The notes under the pieces: generated by a model
Database searches by the model: none
Seen by the model: the letters and a program-made list of their open reading frames with translations, nothing else
Told to the model about the DNA's origin: nothing
Translations under genes and position numbers: made by a program
Shown here: positions 10,415 through 20,000 of the stretch, in pieces
Position numbering within the stretch: the stretch's first letter is position 1
Layout of the letters: each line of letters begins with the position of its first letter
From: Lama guanicoe
Taxonomy: Eukaryota
Length of the DNA stretch: 20,000 nucleotides
Assembly (NCBI GenBank): GCA_013239625.1
Contig: MU053314.1
Span: 66,240-86,239 of the forward strand
Direction of reading: 5' to 3'

Positions 10415-11390
10415 CCTTCTTTGCACACAATGAACACTTCTGTTAATATGGTGAGACGTTCACCATGGACTCTCAGCAACCTTCAAGTGCTGTTTACTGC
10501 AGAACCTGTGCTGCCCCTCACACTCCAGGACGTATTCCTCTCATACCTAGAAGCTTGGCCCCTTTGACTGTCAGGTCCCCATTTCCTCCACCCTTCCGGC
10601 CCCTCGCTATTTCTGTGAATTCAGCTTTTTGGGATGCCACATATAAGTGAGATCACACAACATCTGTATTTCTCTGCCTTATTTCACTTAGCATAATACC
10701 TTCCAGATTCAACCATGTTGTCACAGACAGCAAGCTTTCCTCCTTTTATGGCTGAATGACATTCCCTTGTGTGTCTAGCACATTTCCTTTATTCACTGCT
10801 TTGTGGATGGACACCTAAGTGGTCTCCTGGTCTCAGCTATTGTGAACGGTGCTGTAAGGAACATGAGGGTGGAGATGGCACTTCAAGATAGCGACTTCAT
10901 TTCTTTGGATGAACACTCAAATCTGGAACTGCTGAATCCTATGGTGGCTCTATTTTAAGTTTTTTGAGGAACCTCCATAATGTGTTCCATAGAGGGTGCA
11001 CCAATGTACATTCCCACCAGCAGGGCACACGGGTTCCCTCTTCTGCACATCCTCACCAGCACTGGTTCTCTCTTATCTTCTGGGTAACGGCCATTCTGAC
11101 ACGTGTGAGGTGGCACCTCCCTGTGGTTCTGAGTTGCATTTCCCTCATGATTAGTGATGCTGAACATCTTATCACGTACTTCTTGGCTATTTGTATTTAT
11201 GCTTGGGAAAAATGTCTATTCAGGCCCTTTGCCCATTTTTCAATCAGACTGTTTGTTTTATGCTATTGAGTTGTTTGAGTTCCCGATATCAACTCTGTAT
11301 CAGATTTCTCCCGTCTGCAGGCTGCTTCTTCGCTCCTGCTGTGCCAAAGCTTTTGAGTGGGACGTCGCCCCACTTGTTGATTTCTGACTT
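10290..11390 (-). mobile_element. L1 (L1MA9-like) 3' UTR and degenerate end of ORF2, 5'-truncated
   Basis: Antisense L1 hallmarks: gccacatataagtgagatcacaca, cttatttcacttagcataatacc, tttttgaggaacctccataatgtgttccatag, gccattctgacacgtgtgaggtggcacctc, aaaatgtctattcaggccctttgcccatttt. The minus-strand ORF 10955-11167 is a frameshifted L1 relic. Confidence 0.92.
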
Positions 11391-12048
11391 GGCTACTGTG
11401 ATTTACTTACAGAAATCAGAAAGCAAAAATATACTCTGAAGCAAATAAAAATGAGAGGTTTTGACAAAACTCCTCTTAAGTTGTACAATTCACCAATGAG
11501 ACGGGAAAGCATTGCCTGTCCGACGACCCCTCTGAGGGTACAGCCCCCTTTCCAGCTCCCACTGCGACAAGCTGCTTCCTCTGCGTACACTCAGGGGACA
11601 GCTGTGCTCATTTTGTCTCAGGTGACGTATGTAATTTCCAGATCATCCCTGTGAGATTCTGGATAATGGAAACTGGTTTTAACCTACACGCCTAAATCAG
11701 GGCCAAACTGCATACAAATCAAAACCAATCTTTCTGAAACTCGCAGTGCTATTTAGACTAGATCCCCTCACCTTGTTCCTGACCTTTCGCGCAAGTATGA
11801 TTTTAGCTGTGGGGTGCGTGTAGATGTTCTGGATAAAAGTGGGGGGAAGTTCCCTTTTGTTTCCAGTTGCTGAATTTTCCTTTATTTCCCCTAGAAGCCA
11901 TAGTTCAGCATTTACTAAGCCACATTCACAGTGACTTTGCAGACGCCCACTGTGAGTAATAAGAACCAGCTGCACATCATAAACACCTACAAAAGTGCCA
12001 TGTTTCACTGCACCAGGCTTTCCTGTTACATCATAAAATAAGAATTAT

Positions 12049-12700
12049 CTAGAAACCTCATTGGCCTAATGCGATAGGACAAGAAAGAGAAAAAGATTCC
12101 ATTATCCTAAAGAAGAAATCAAAATCATTGTATTTGCGGGGACATGATTATATACCTTAAAATCCAAGGTAGTCAAGTAAAAAATTATTAAAAGTCAAGA
12201 GAGTGCAATAATTTTTCTGGATACAAGATCAACATAAAATTCAGTATCATTTATTTTATGAAGCACTTATGTGTTAAGAAACAAAATAAAAATAACTAGA
12301 AATATCAATAGAAGTGCAAATATGAAGAATTTTAACAAAATAAAGTTTCTTGTCCTTTGCAAAAAGCTCTACAAATCTTGACTCTTTTAGAAAAGAAAAA
12401 CACCTAAATAACTCAGCAGATACGTCACGTTAGGGACAGAGAGACAATATGTCTAAACTGACCCCTAAGTTTATGGTTATTTTAATTAAAATTTTTGAGC
12501 TCCACATGAAATTATTCTGAAATATCTCTAGAAGGATAAGTGAGCAAGAATTGCTATGAACTTTGAAAAATGAATTGTGACTCAGAAAGGCAGGTTGTGG
12601 ATAATCTCAACAGAACAACAACAAACACCAGAAGACCCTATTAATTACGTAAGTGTGATGATGGCAGAAACGACAGTGGATGTAACTAAAAACCTTCTAT
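12049..12700 (+). mobile_element. Ancient L1 (L1M/L1ME) ORF2 reverse-transcriptase-region relic
   Basis: aatgcgataggacaagaaagagaaa...aaagaagaaatcaaaatcattgtatttgcggggacatgattatatacctt...tctggatacaagatcaacataaaattcag corresponds to the L1 ORF2 segments AIRQEKEI...KEEVKLSLFADDMIVY...SGYKINIQKS, broken by frameshifts. The 3' boundary is approximate. Confidence 0.8.
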
Positions 12701-13152
12701 TTATTACTAAAAAGACGTCCATTTGGGGCCGCCCCTCCTGCAGGTAACAGACCCGTCTAGAACCACTCGGGTCCTCTGGGTCCAGGGCTGACCAGGAGCC
12801 CAGGGCACGGTGCCGTCTGTGCTCTCCACAGCGGCTGCCTTGCTTCTCACAAACCGTAAACCTCAGCCTTCGGAGCTGACTCTACGCCTCCCTCCCTCCG
12901 TTCTGCAGCTTCCAGACGGTTTCCCTCGGCTGCATAAACACCTGCCTGCTGGTTCTCATAGGCACGGTCATCTGTGTAGTTCCAAGTCCCCCGCTCTCTC
13001 TCTCTCTCGCTGGGCATTTCAGCACCTGAGTCTAAGCTTTCCTGTGACCCTACCACTCGTGTCCAGGAGGCCTTCAGTTTCCAAAAAAGAGAGTCTGCTT
13101 ACCATCCTAGCCCTTCAACTCTGTCTCCTCATCTACACAAAACAGCTCCTTT

Positions 13153-13639
13153 TGTCAAAGAAAAACTGCGCCGCACAGAATTAAACAGGCAGGGAATGAC
13201 TTAAAGACTCTGAGAGACTGAGCTCAACTCAGAAAACAGGAACAGTGTGAGCACCGGGTGAGCGAGGGGGCAAGTTCTGGAGGACGCTGGGGGTGTCGCT
13301 GGTCCGTGCTTGCTAACAGGTACTTAGGGGAGGGAGGGTCTGGCCCTGCGCAGAGCCCTGCGACAGGGGGTCTATCTTTATTGGCGATTATATTTCAAAG
13401 GAATTGACCCCAAGTCCTCAAGAAAGGCATTTCTGGGCTGTAAAACTGGCAGGTGGTTGAGAGAAGGTTTACATCTCAAAGGAGTAGAGAGAATTCACAC
13501 TGCAAGCTTTCCAAAGTAAATGCTCCCTGAAAAAAAAGAAAAGAAAAACAAAAAACAAACAAAACCCAAGAGCCTGTCACCAGGAAAGCCTGTCTGCATG
13601 GTGGCCGGGCCACGGGAAGCGCTGAGGACTTCCTGGTCA
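13153..13639 (-). mobile_element. Solo ERV1 LTR, MER31-like
   Basis: TG...CA termini (TGTCAAAGAAAAACTGCG...CTTCCTGGTCA). Internal agaaaggcatttctgggctgtaaaactggcagg...tttacatctcaaagg...tgcaagctttccaaagtaaatgctc matches my recollection of the MER31/MER67-group consensus in reverse. No TSD seen. Confidence 0.65.
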
Positions 13640-14192
13640 GTCGGCCACGACCACGGTTACAGCTAGGTTCACCTGGATCACTTGTGCACTCAGCGGGAGC
13701 CTCTGTTCTGGGAGAGGCACCCCCACCCTCAGGAGGGGCACACCCCCATCCTTTCACAGCCCCCATCCCTACTCTTCCTCCTCCTGGAGGGTGACCCACA
13801 GCAGGGATTTTTGTCTGCAAGTCCGCTCACTGAGTTGCATCCTTCCTGCTGTGAAGTGAGAAGGATGCTATGGCCACTGAGACACAAATCAGCTTGAAGC
13901 CCAGGGAAGCCTTAGTTGGTGGGGTGGGAGAGGTGGCTGCAGACAGGCCACATTCTTTCCCACCCTGTGTTTCTATTGGATCTTTTTAAAGGGGAAGTCT
14001 GTAGACACAAGGAGAGATGGGAGGAAGCTCAGTCCAGCAGGGGCTGCCCTGCAATTTGCCTTTTAGTCGGAACCGCTCCCTGCTTTACAGCATCACCGGG
14101 ACCGCCCCCGTGCTGGTTCTGATCCCCAGAGGACGGGCTTTCCTGGCTACGGAGCAGCACCCCTACAACTTTCCTATTACGCTGTTTTCCAG

Positions 14193-14287
14193 ACTGCGAC
14201 AAGGACCTGCTGCTGGACATTCTGACGCAGCGCAGCGGCGCGCAGAGGCAGGTGATCGCCGAGGCCTACCAGGGCATGTGCGGCCGG
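14193..14287 (+). CDS. ANXA10: Annexin A10 internal coding exon (probably exon 3), 95 nt, part of annexin repeat 1
   Basis: Acceptor ctttcctattacgctgttttccAG (14191-14192) and consensus donor CGG|GTAAGT (14288-14293). G from the upstream exon plus AC gives Asp, then CDKDLLLDILTQRSGAQRQVIAEAYQGMCGR. Recalled human ANXA10 reads DCDKDMLINILTQRCNAQRMMIAEAYQSMYGR, and the annexin ILxxRSxxQRxxIxxAY motif is visible. Confidence 0.95.
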
Positions 14288-16069
14288 GTAAGTGCCATGC
14301 CCCACCCGCTTCCAGGCCAACTCCTGGGAGCAGGTGGTGCCACCCTCTCAGCCTCAGATCGCAAAGATGTCCATGGCACCATGTGTCAGAAACAGCTCCT
14401 GTGCCCCTAGCCTGTTTTAGGGAACGTGGGAAAGTAGTGCACCCAAGTGTCTGCATGTGATGCATGGTCCACACTCAGAGATGCCACAGCCCTTTCTCAG
14501 AAGCCGTCCCGCTTCATAAAGTGACCGTTATGGCCTTGCACACCCCCAGCCGTCCAACTAGGCTAAAAAGGAGGATCTTTTCCTGCAGTTTCCCTCAGGT
14601 CCTCACCTCAACCACCGCGACCTCTCCACCAGCTTTCCTTCTCCCACACACAGTTCAAAGAATCAGGGTGAAAACAGTTCCTGGCAATAAAACAATCCTG
14701 AGTGCTTTAAAGTCCTTTAAACAATCCTGAGTTCACACCCCAATTTCAAATCATCCAAGATTTCTCTTTTGACATGCGCTTAAACCACAGATTCAGAACA
14801 AAGACTCTCTAGGCCAAAACGACTGGAAACAGCAATCAATTTGTCAACCGAGCATTAGGACAAAACACTGTCAGAAAACGTTCTCTACAGCGTTGGTCTC
14901 ACTGACACTTACACTATCTCTAAACCTCTGAGCAACCACAACACCCGAAATAAACGCAGCCCTCTGCTCCAGAGTGAACTGCTAACCACAGGCCCCACTG
15001 CTGGAGAGACGAGCTGACCTCAGCCAGAGCAGGAAGCCGGGGCGCTTTTTCCTCCACGTAACGTAACACTGCTATGTCTTCTCACATTCCTAAGGCACCA
15101 GCGCTGGTTTTCTTTCGAAAGAGAATGTAAAACTATCAATGTAGCAACACTAGCTGTCTAATTCTGTTTAACTGTGCATACTGCTCTGAGAGGTCATTTT
15201 CAGTACTCTTTTTAACCCAAAGGATTACATACACCTGGGCTTTTTATAAATTAGGTTAACTCAGGTTAAAGCTTTACTTTATCAGTCTCCATAAAATTAC
15301 CCTAAAACAGACGAAGACAATTTCGACACTAGGGAATGTGACATCCAGGACACAATGGACCCTCCAGGGAAGCGGCCTTCATCACACGCTAGGGTCTGGG
15401 AGGTGGTCATTCCCCCCTTGCGGGTGACCCGGGCCTGGGAGAAGCCTGGGGTGGTCGGTGGTACCAAGTAGGGGTCCCTGTCCTCTGAAACATCCCTCCT
15501 CCCCAACTCAGTCCACGTGGTGCCCAGATTGACGCAGAAAATCCCACCCCAGGATGCAGCCCCAGTCCCTGCCCTTCGGGTATCCTGATCCCCGCACAGA
15601 ACCCAGATGAGTCCAAATCCGAAGGCCCATGTCCCCACTTTAATCCCCGAGTGTTAATCTGGATTCCCCTCACAGACACCCGCCTGTGCACGAGTGAAAC
15701 CCACATGCCCTGTGTGCCCCCAGTCCCCGGTCCATCTCCACTGTGCACCTCCAGCCCCGCACCACTTCCCGCCCCATCCGCCGCCTCCCAGGGGGAGGGG
15801 TGCCTGGTAGTTCTGCCAACTCACCGCTGACACCCAGAGTCTGCACAGTGCTCTGCGGTCTTCAGGGCCGGACCTGCACACACAGGCCACCCCGATGCAC
15901 GCCCCCTGCACCATGGCCCCCGATGCTCACCTGCTACTCCGCATCCTCTCCCGCTGCCCCCTCTTCTCCCGCTGCCCACTCCTCTCCTGACTCCCTGTGG
16001 ACCCATCACCCCCCTCACCGCCACCCTGGGCAGGTCCACTCAGGGGCACCCGCCCCGTAACCATGCTGA

Positions 16070-16215
16070 CCTCCCTCCCTGCCAGGTGTGTGGGTTTATC
16101 TTACCTCCTGCTCCTAGACCAGCACCTCCTGGAAGATCAGGACCAGGTTACCCGCTGCAGTCTGTCCAGAGTCCAGCCATGGTCTCACACAGAGAGGCAC
16201 TGCATTTATAGAATT
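16070..16215 (+). mobile_element. Degenerate L2 3' tail
   Basis: ctcctagaccagcacctcctggaagatcaggaccaggtt...ccagagtccagccatggtctcacacagagaggcactgcatttatag resembles the L2 end (ctagactgtgagctccttgagggcagggaccatgtc...cccagcacagtgcctggcacatagtaggcactcaataaat). Confidence 0.45.
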
Positions 16216-17345
16216 CTACTCTGCCTTAAAAAAAAAAAAGGAAAAAAATCCCTTTATTATCCACTTCATAGTTAAAATGAATATTCACAAATAGCCCAAA
16301 TTTCCCTTTTCCCTCACTCCCTGCCCAGGCCACTCCCAGGTCATCCTGCCTGACTCCTGAGGGCTCCTTGACCGCCCCACTGCTCATGTTCAGTTATTCC
16401 TTCCACCTGGACAAGGTGTAGCTTCTGCTGCCCTTCCCTGTGTGTGGGAGCCTGCAGATTCCCTGCAGGTTGGTCACTGAGATCTTTCTCTCTTATGAAC
16501 ACGAACAGTCAAGATGAGACGGCATTATTTTCTATACTGCTGAGTAAGGGACAATTCCCAGCATGCGCCACAAATACATTATTTGATAGTTTACGTGAGT
16601 GAAGAGTTGCTGAATCCCACCAGCAGCCTCCCTGAACTGAAGCTGGACTTGTCCCTAGACTCAGGGGAAAGCCCTCGGACCACCTGGGACTGACACACTG
16701 ACCAGGGGAAGGAACGAGGTGGTGCAGACCTCCCAGCCCAGCAGGATGGGCTGCGGAGGGACTGTCGTACCCCTGCGCTGGGGATCAGGTTGACTCCTGG
16801 TCAGTGCTGGTGGGGCGCAGACTCACACTGAAGCAACCCGTCTTCTCAGCTCCCATCTGGGCAGGCACGACCAGCTCAGAGCCACCCCAGCAGCTGCTGC
16901 TCATCAAGCCCTGGGTGCTGGCTACGTGATGGAGTGTCGAGGCCCACGCGCCCCAAATCCCACAGCCCGAGGCCATCTGACCCTGAATCACGTCTTCCCA
17001 GCATCCCCTCAGCATGGGCCACTGTACAGTGAGCAGCCCCAGGCTGACCCGGGCAGTGCCCGCTCTGCTGACCCCTCGTGACCAGCCAGGCTTGGTTCCG
17101 GGTCAGCTCTGGGGGGCTGGATCCAACTGCCCTGTTCAAGATGTCACCTGCCCAGGGCTCCTTCCAGGACCCACTCCCCCTGCTTCTCTCCCTGACACCA
17201 CTGCTGTCTCACAGCTCACATGATTCACTCACAGATGATAACCATGACTCAATCCCACACCTCCTCCAGAACTCAGACCCCACAGGGGAGGGGTCTGTTC
17301 ACTCACAGTCCCAGCACTCACAACTGGGGTGGGCACAGGGCTGGG

Positions 17346-18137
17346 TGTGGCAGGCTGAACTGTCCCCCAGAATGTACATGTTACCACGCTAACCCGCCGT
17401 GGGACTGTGTTTGGAGGTGGGCCTTGATGGAGGTGATTAAAATTCAATGAGATCACAAGAGGGTGCCCTGATCCAGTAGGACCAGGGTCCTGCTAAGAAT
17501 AGGATGAGAGCTCAGTGTGGGGAAGGGGGTATTTACAGAGGAGATCACGTGAGGACACAGGCAGGGGGCGGCCTCTTTACCAGGAAGAGATACCTCACTA
17601 GGAACCACCTGCCAGTACCTGATCTCGGGCTCCTGGTTCCAGGCTGTGAGAAACCACGCTTCTGTTGTTCAGATCCCAGTCAGTCTGGGTGCTCTGGTCG
17701 GTGGAGCTCTATGGTTGGTGGTGCTCTGTGGTTGGTGGTATTTTCTGATCCGTAGTGCTCTGAGGTCCGTGGTGTTCTGCAGTCAGTGATGCTCTGTGGT
17801 TGGCAGTGCTTTGTGGTCGGTGGTGCTCTCTGGTCAGTGTTCTGTGGTCAGCGGTGCTCTGTGGTCGATGGTGCTCTGTGGTCGGTGGTGCTCTGTGGTT
17901 GGTGGTATTTTCTGATCCGTGGTGCTCTGAGGTCTGTGGTGTTCTGCAGTTGGTGGTGCTCTGTGGTCTGCAGTGCTCTGTGCTCCGTGGTGCTCTCTGG
18001 TCGGTGGTGCTGTCTGATTGGTGTTCTGTGGTCAGCAGTGCTCTGTGGTTGACGGTGCTCTCTGGTCGGTGGTACTCTCTGGCCGGCAATGCTTTGTGGT
18101 TGGCGGTGCTCTGTGACAGGGGCCCAGCAGATCGACT
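17346..18137 (+). mobile_element. Solo MaLR LTR (MLT1A/MLT1B-like) interrupted near its 3' end by a minisatellite
   Basis: TGTGGCAGGCTGAACTGTCCCCCAGAATGTACATGTT...gactgtgtttggaggtgggcctt...gaggtgattaaaattcaatgagatcac...gccctgatccagtaggacc...gtgaggacacagg...cctgatctcgggctcc...ctgtgagaaa...ttctgttgttc is collinear with the MLT1 consensus. The LTR tail resumes after the array (ctgtgacaggggcccagcaga). Confidence 0.88.
17688..18115. repeat. 17-bp minisatellite, consensus GGTGCTCTGTGGTCGGT, about 25 diverged units
   Basis: Consecutive units such as GGTGCTCTGTGGTCGAT, GGTGCTCTGTGGTCGGT, GGTGCTCTGTGGTTGGT, GGTATTTTCTGATCCGT, GGTGCTCTGAGGTCTGT and GGTGTTCTGCAGTTGGT, with occasional 14-nt units. Confidence 0.95.
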
Positions 18138-19099
18138 TGGCCGGTACTCTGTAAAGAGATGTGAACATCGAGAAGTTCAAGTTCACTCTTCATACATTTT
18201 GTTCTCATAACACTTTTTTTTCCTATTACCTATCAGCTTCATGGTTAAAATTCGTGACCTTGAAACACGAGCACATCTAGGAGACGCAGGCTAGGAACCG
18301 CCTTATCTAGTGAGACGTGGAACTGCCATGTCACTAGCACCAGGAAAAGATCTTCTCTTCTCTTCAGTCCTTACTTGTTTTGAAGTGAGGGGGTGGATGG
18401 TGTGTTCATGTCAACAGCTGAAATTAACTATAGTTTATCACAGGTTGATTTTATAAGCATGGATTAAATAATGTAAAATGGTAGAATTACCTACCTTACC
18501 TTTCAAATGTAAAATGACTTAAATATACTCCTTTGGGTGAAACTGGGAACTTAACCACCAGGAAAAATAATTTATAATTTCAAAAAGACTTTCTATTGAA
18601 TCACGCAAAGTTTTATAACTTCAGAAAGCCCCTGTGTCTGTTTGTTACAGCTTGAACAATTGTTTCTCCTTGAAATAACATATACAATCTATACCGGGGA
18701 CAGAGGTAAGGAAGAGAAAGGAAATCAATTACTGCTGAAGCCAGGGCTCACCAGGCTTCAAACCTCTCTCTAAACCACTCCCATCTGCAATAACTAATGG
18801 TTCCCATTTCCCTTAAATCCTTATAATGCTTCTTAGGTTTTGACTAATCTTACGAAAGTCAATGAAATCTCCTTGTGGTACTTCTGAGCGCGTCAGTCCT
18901 GAAGTACCAACACGCCTGGGAAGTGGCTGATTAGAGAATTACTTTATTCATTTGCTTGTAAAATTATCATGTCCCCAGCACCAGTAACAGATGAATGATA
19001 GTAACAATGTAATACACAGCATCTTTTCATAATTTTTTTACATTTCATTTTCTTCTTCTTTGAAAATAACCCTTTATATTCTTTGTGTACTTTTCTTTC

Positions 19100-19198
19100 A
19101 GTACCTTGTCATTCACTTATTGATTTGTAGGGTTCTTTTTTAATATAATTTAGACATTAACCATTTCTTGCATACAGAGTGAAAATGTTTTCTCCAAA
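19100..19198 (-). mobile_element. Short ancient L1 fragment
   Basis: cttattgatttgtagggttctttttt...tagacattaaccattt...tgaaaatgttttctcca resembles antisense L1M (ttattgatttgtaggagttctttatatattctggatattaatcctttg...gcaaatattttctccca). Confidence 0.55.
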
Positions 19199-19233
19199 TA
19201 ATGGATTCATTTCATACTACACTGTACCATCAG

Positions 19234-19642
19234 CGTCAGGAGCCGTGAAGGATGTGAGCCTTTGATACACTTACAAGACAGCTAAGATGACAGTGGTTCT
19301 TGTGGAAAGCAGGAGACTCCAGGGCAAAGACAAGACAGCCTACCACTCAGTGACAGGGGCAGCCAGAGAGTCAGAGCTTTTGCACCTGTTTCTCAAGCCT
19401 CAACTCCACAGGTGGATGCAGAGATGACTGGATGACCTGCACGTGCAGTGGGTGGCCCTGCAGCAGAGAATCACAAGGTTGAAAATGTGACACAGACCAT
19501 GGGCAGAGGGTAGTGCCCATGTGGAGGACCAGCCCTGCCTCTGACACTAGTCACTGGACAGACGTCCTGGGAAACATGCTGTCGGCGCCTCGCTCTGCAT
19601 CACCTTCAAAAACGTGAGACCCACACAAAGTGTCTCCCAACA
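19234..19642 (-). mobile_element. Solo ERVL-class LTR, MER54/MER74-like
   Basis: Begins CGTCAGGAGCCGTGAAGGATGTGAG, contains gagactccagggcaaagacaag and ggatgacctgcacgtgcagtgggt, and ends gagacccacacaaagTGTCTCCCAACA (reverse complement TGTTGGGAGACA, which I recall as the MER54 start). Confidence 0.7.
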
Positions 19643-19914
19643 TCATCCCTCATCCTGTGCCCCCTTCACTCCTGACAATCTTTCTTCTATGACTGCACCA
19701 ATCCCTAAGCCCCTCCAAGTATTCCGACCCACAAAAGTTGAGGCCAAATCCATCAAATTGGCTCACACAGCATTGAATAATCAAAGGACTCCAACAGTGA
19801 CAGGGAAGTCAGTTTGCAGTACTCACTCCCCCAGGCCCCGCCCAGTGAGATGAGCAAATACCAAACCATCAGGGCTTGTCCTAGAAAGCTGGTGGATCTT
19901 CTCTCCTAAGACTA

Positions 19915-20000
19915 AAATGAGGAATTACATTGATTTTTCAAGTGTAAACTGCTTGCATTCCTGCGATAAATCCTCCTTGGTCATTATGTGCCATTCTTTT
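19915..20000 (-). mobile_element. Ancient L1 ORF2 fragment running off the window edge
   Basis: gaattacattgatttttcaagtgtaaactgcttgcattcctgcgataaatcctccttggtcattatgtg resembles antisense L1 (gaattacattgattgattttcaaatgttgaaccagccttgcattcctgggataaatcccacttggtcatgatgt). Confidence 0.75.

Larger units (their letters stand above)
7809..14192 (+). other. ANXA10: ANXA10 phase-1 intron, 6384 bp, GT-AG
   Basis: Bounded by GTAAGC and TTTTCCAG. The phases of the flanking exons are compatible (82 = 27 codons + 1; 95 = 2 + 31 codons). Confidence 0.9.

Noticed and set aside
8467..10426. Pairs of near-identical minus-strand ORFs suggesting a small gene family
   Set aside because: They are by-products of tandem duplications 2 and 3, partly L1-derived, and have no recognisable domain.
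10955..11439. Cluster of ORFs on both strands
   Set aside because: They lie within a decayed antisense L1 and are frameshifted relics.
14017..14460. 147-aa ORF overlapping the exon
   Set aside because: It reads the ANXA10 exon in the wrong frame and runs through both splice sites. It stays open because of the high GC content.
17688..18115. Repeat array as a possible CRISPR-like locus
   Set aside because: Units are contiguous with no unique spacers, the context is a mammalian intron, and no cas-like genes are present.
17709..18210. Four overlapping ORFs with repetitive peptides (TTEHHRPQST..., GALWSVVLCG...)
   Set aside because: They are translations of the 17-bp minisatellite, which has few stop codons in several frames. 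No gene structure supports them.
14294..20000. Search for the next ANXA10 exon (recalled human DLIGDMREQLSDHFKDVM...)
   Set aside because: Not found by eye. It most likely lies beyond the window, so its absence is not evidence of pseudogenisation; both visible exons are intact.
1..20000. A previously undescribed multi-component biological system
   Set aside because: The window is explained by a known gene's exons and introns, common mammalian repeats and local duplications. No novel coding or structured RNA element can be supported from the sequence alone.

Overview
Mammalian genomic DNA from a draft assembly (one 56-N gap), probably a cetartiodactyl and possibly a camelid, judged from the young L1 3' UTR and the absence of recognisable Alu, Bov-A/BovB or PRE1 elements. 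The window lies inside the annexin A10 gene (ANXA10, + strand). Two coding exons that the ORF track misses are present: 7727-7808 (VQGTIFPAPNFNPVMDAQVLEGALQGF) and 14193-14287 (DCDKDLLLDILTQRSGAQRQVIAEAYQGMCGR). They have canonical AG/GT boundaries and join in frame. The rest is intronic: L1 fragments (one young copy with a 16-bp TSD), L2/MIR relics and three solo LTRs (MER31-, MLT1- and MER54-like). The most notable structures are three clustered head-to-tail tandem duplications (about 275, 377 and 684 bp) around the first exon, a candidate cryptic poison exon whose donor site is made by one duplication junction, a 17-bp minisatellite with a 167-bp higher-order period inside an MLT1 LTR, and extreme GC3/CpG enrichment of the second exon. 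I see no evidence for a new multi-gene system, and none of the listed ORFs looks like a real gene. Gene and repeat family names come from my recall of reference sequences, not from database searches.
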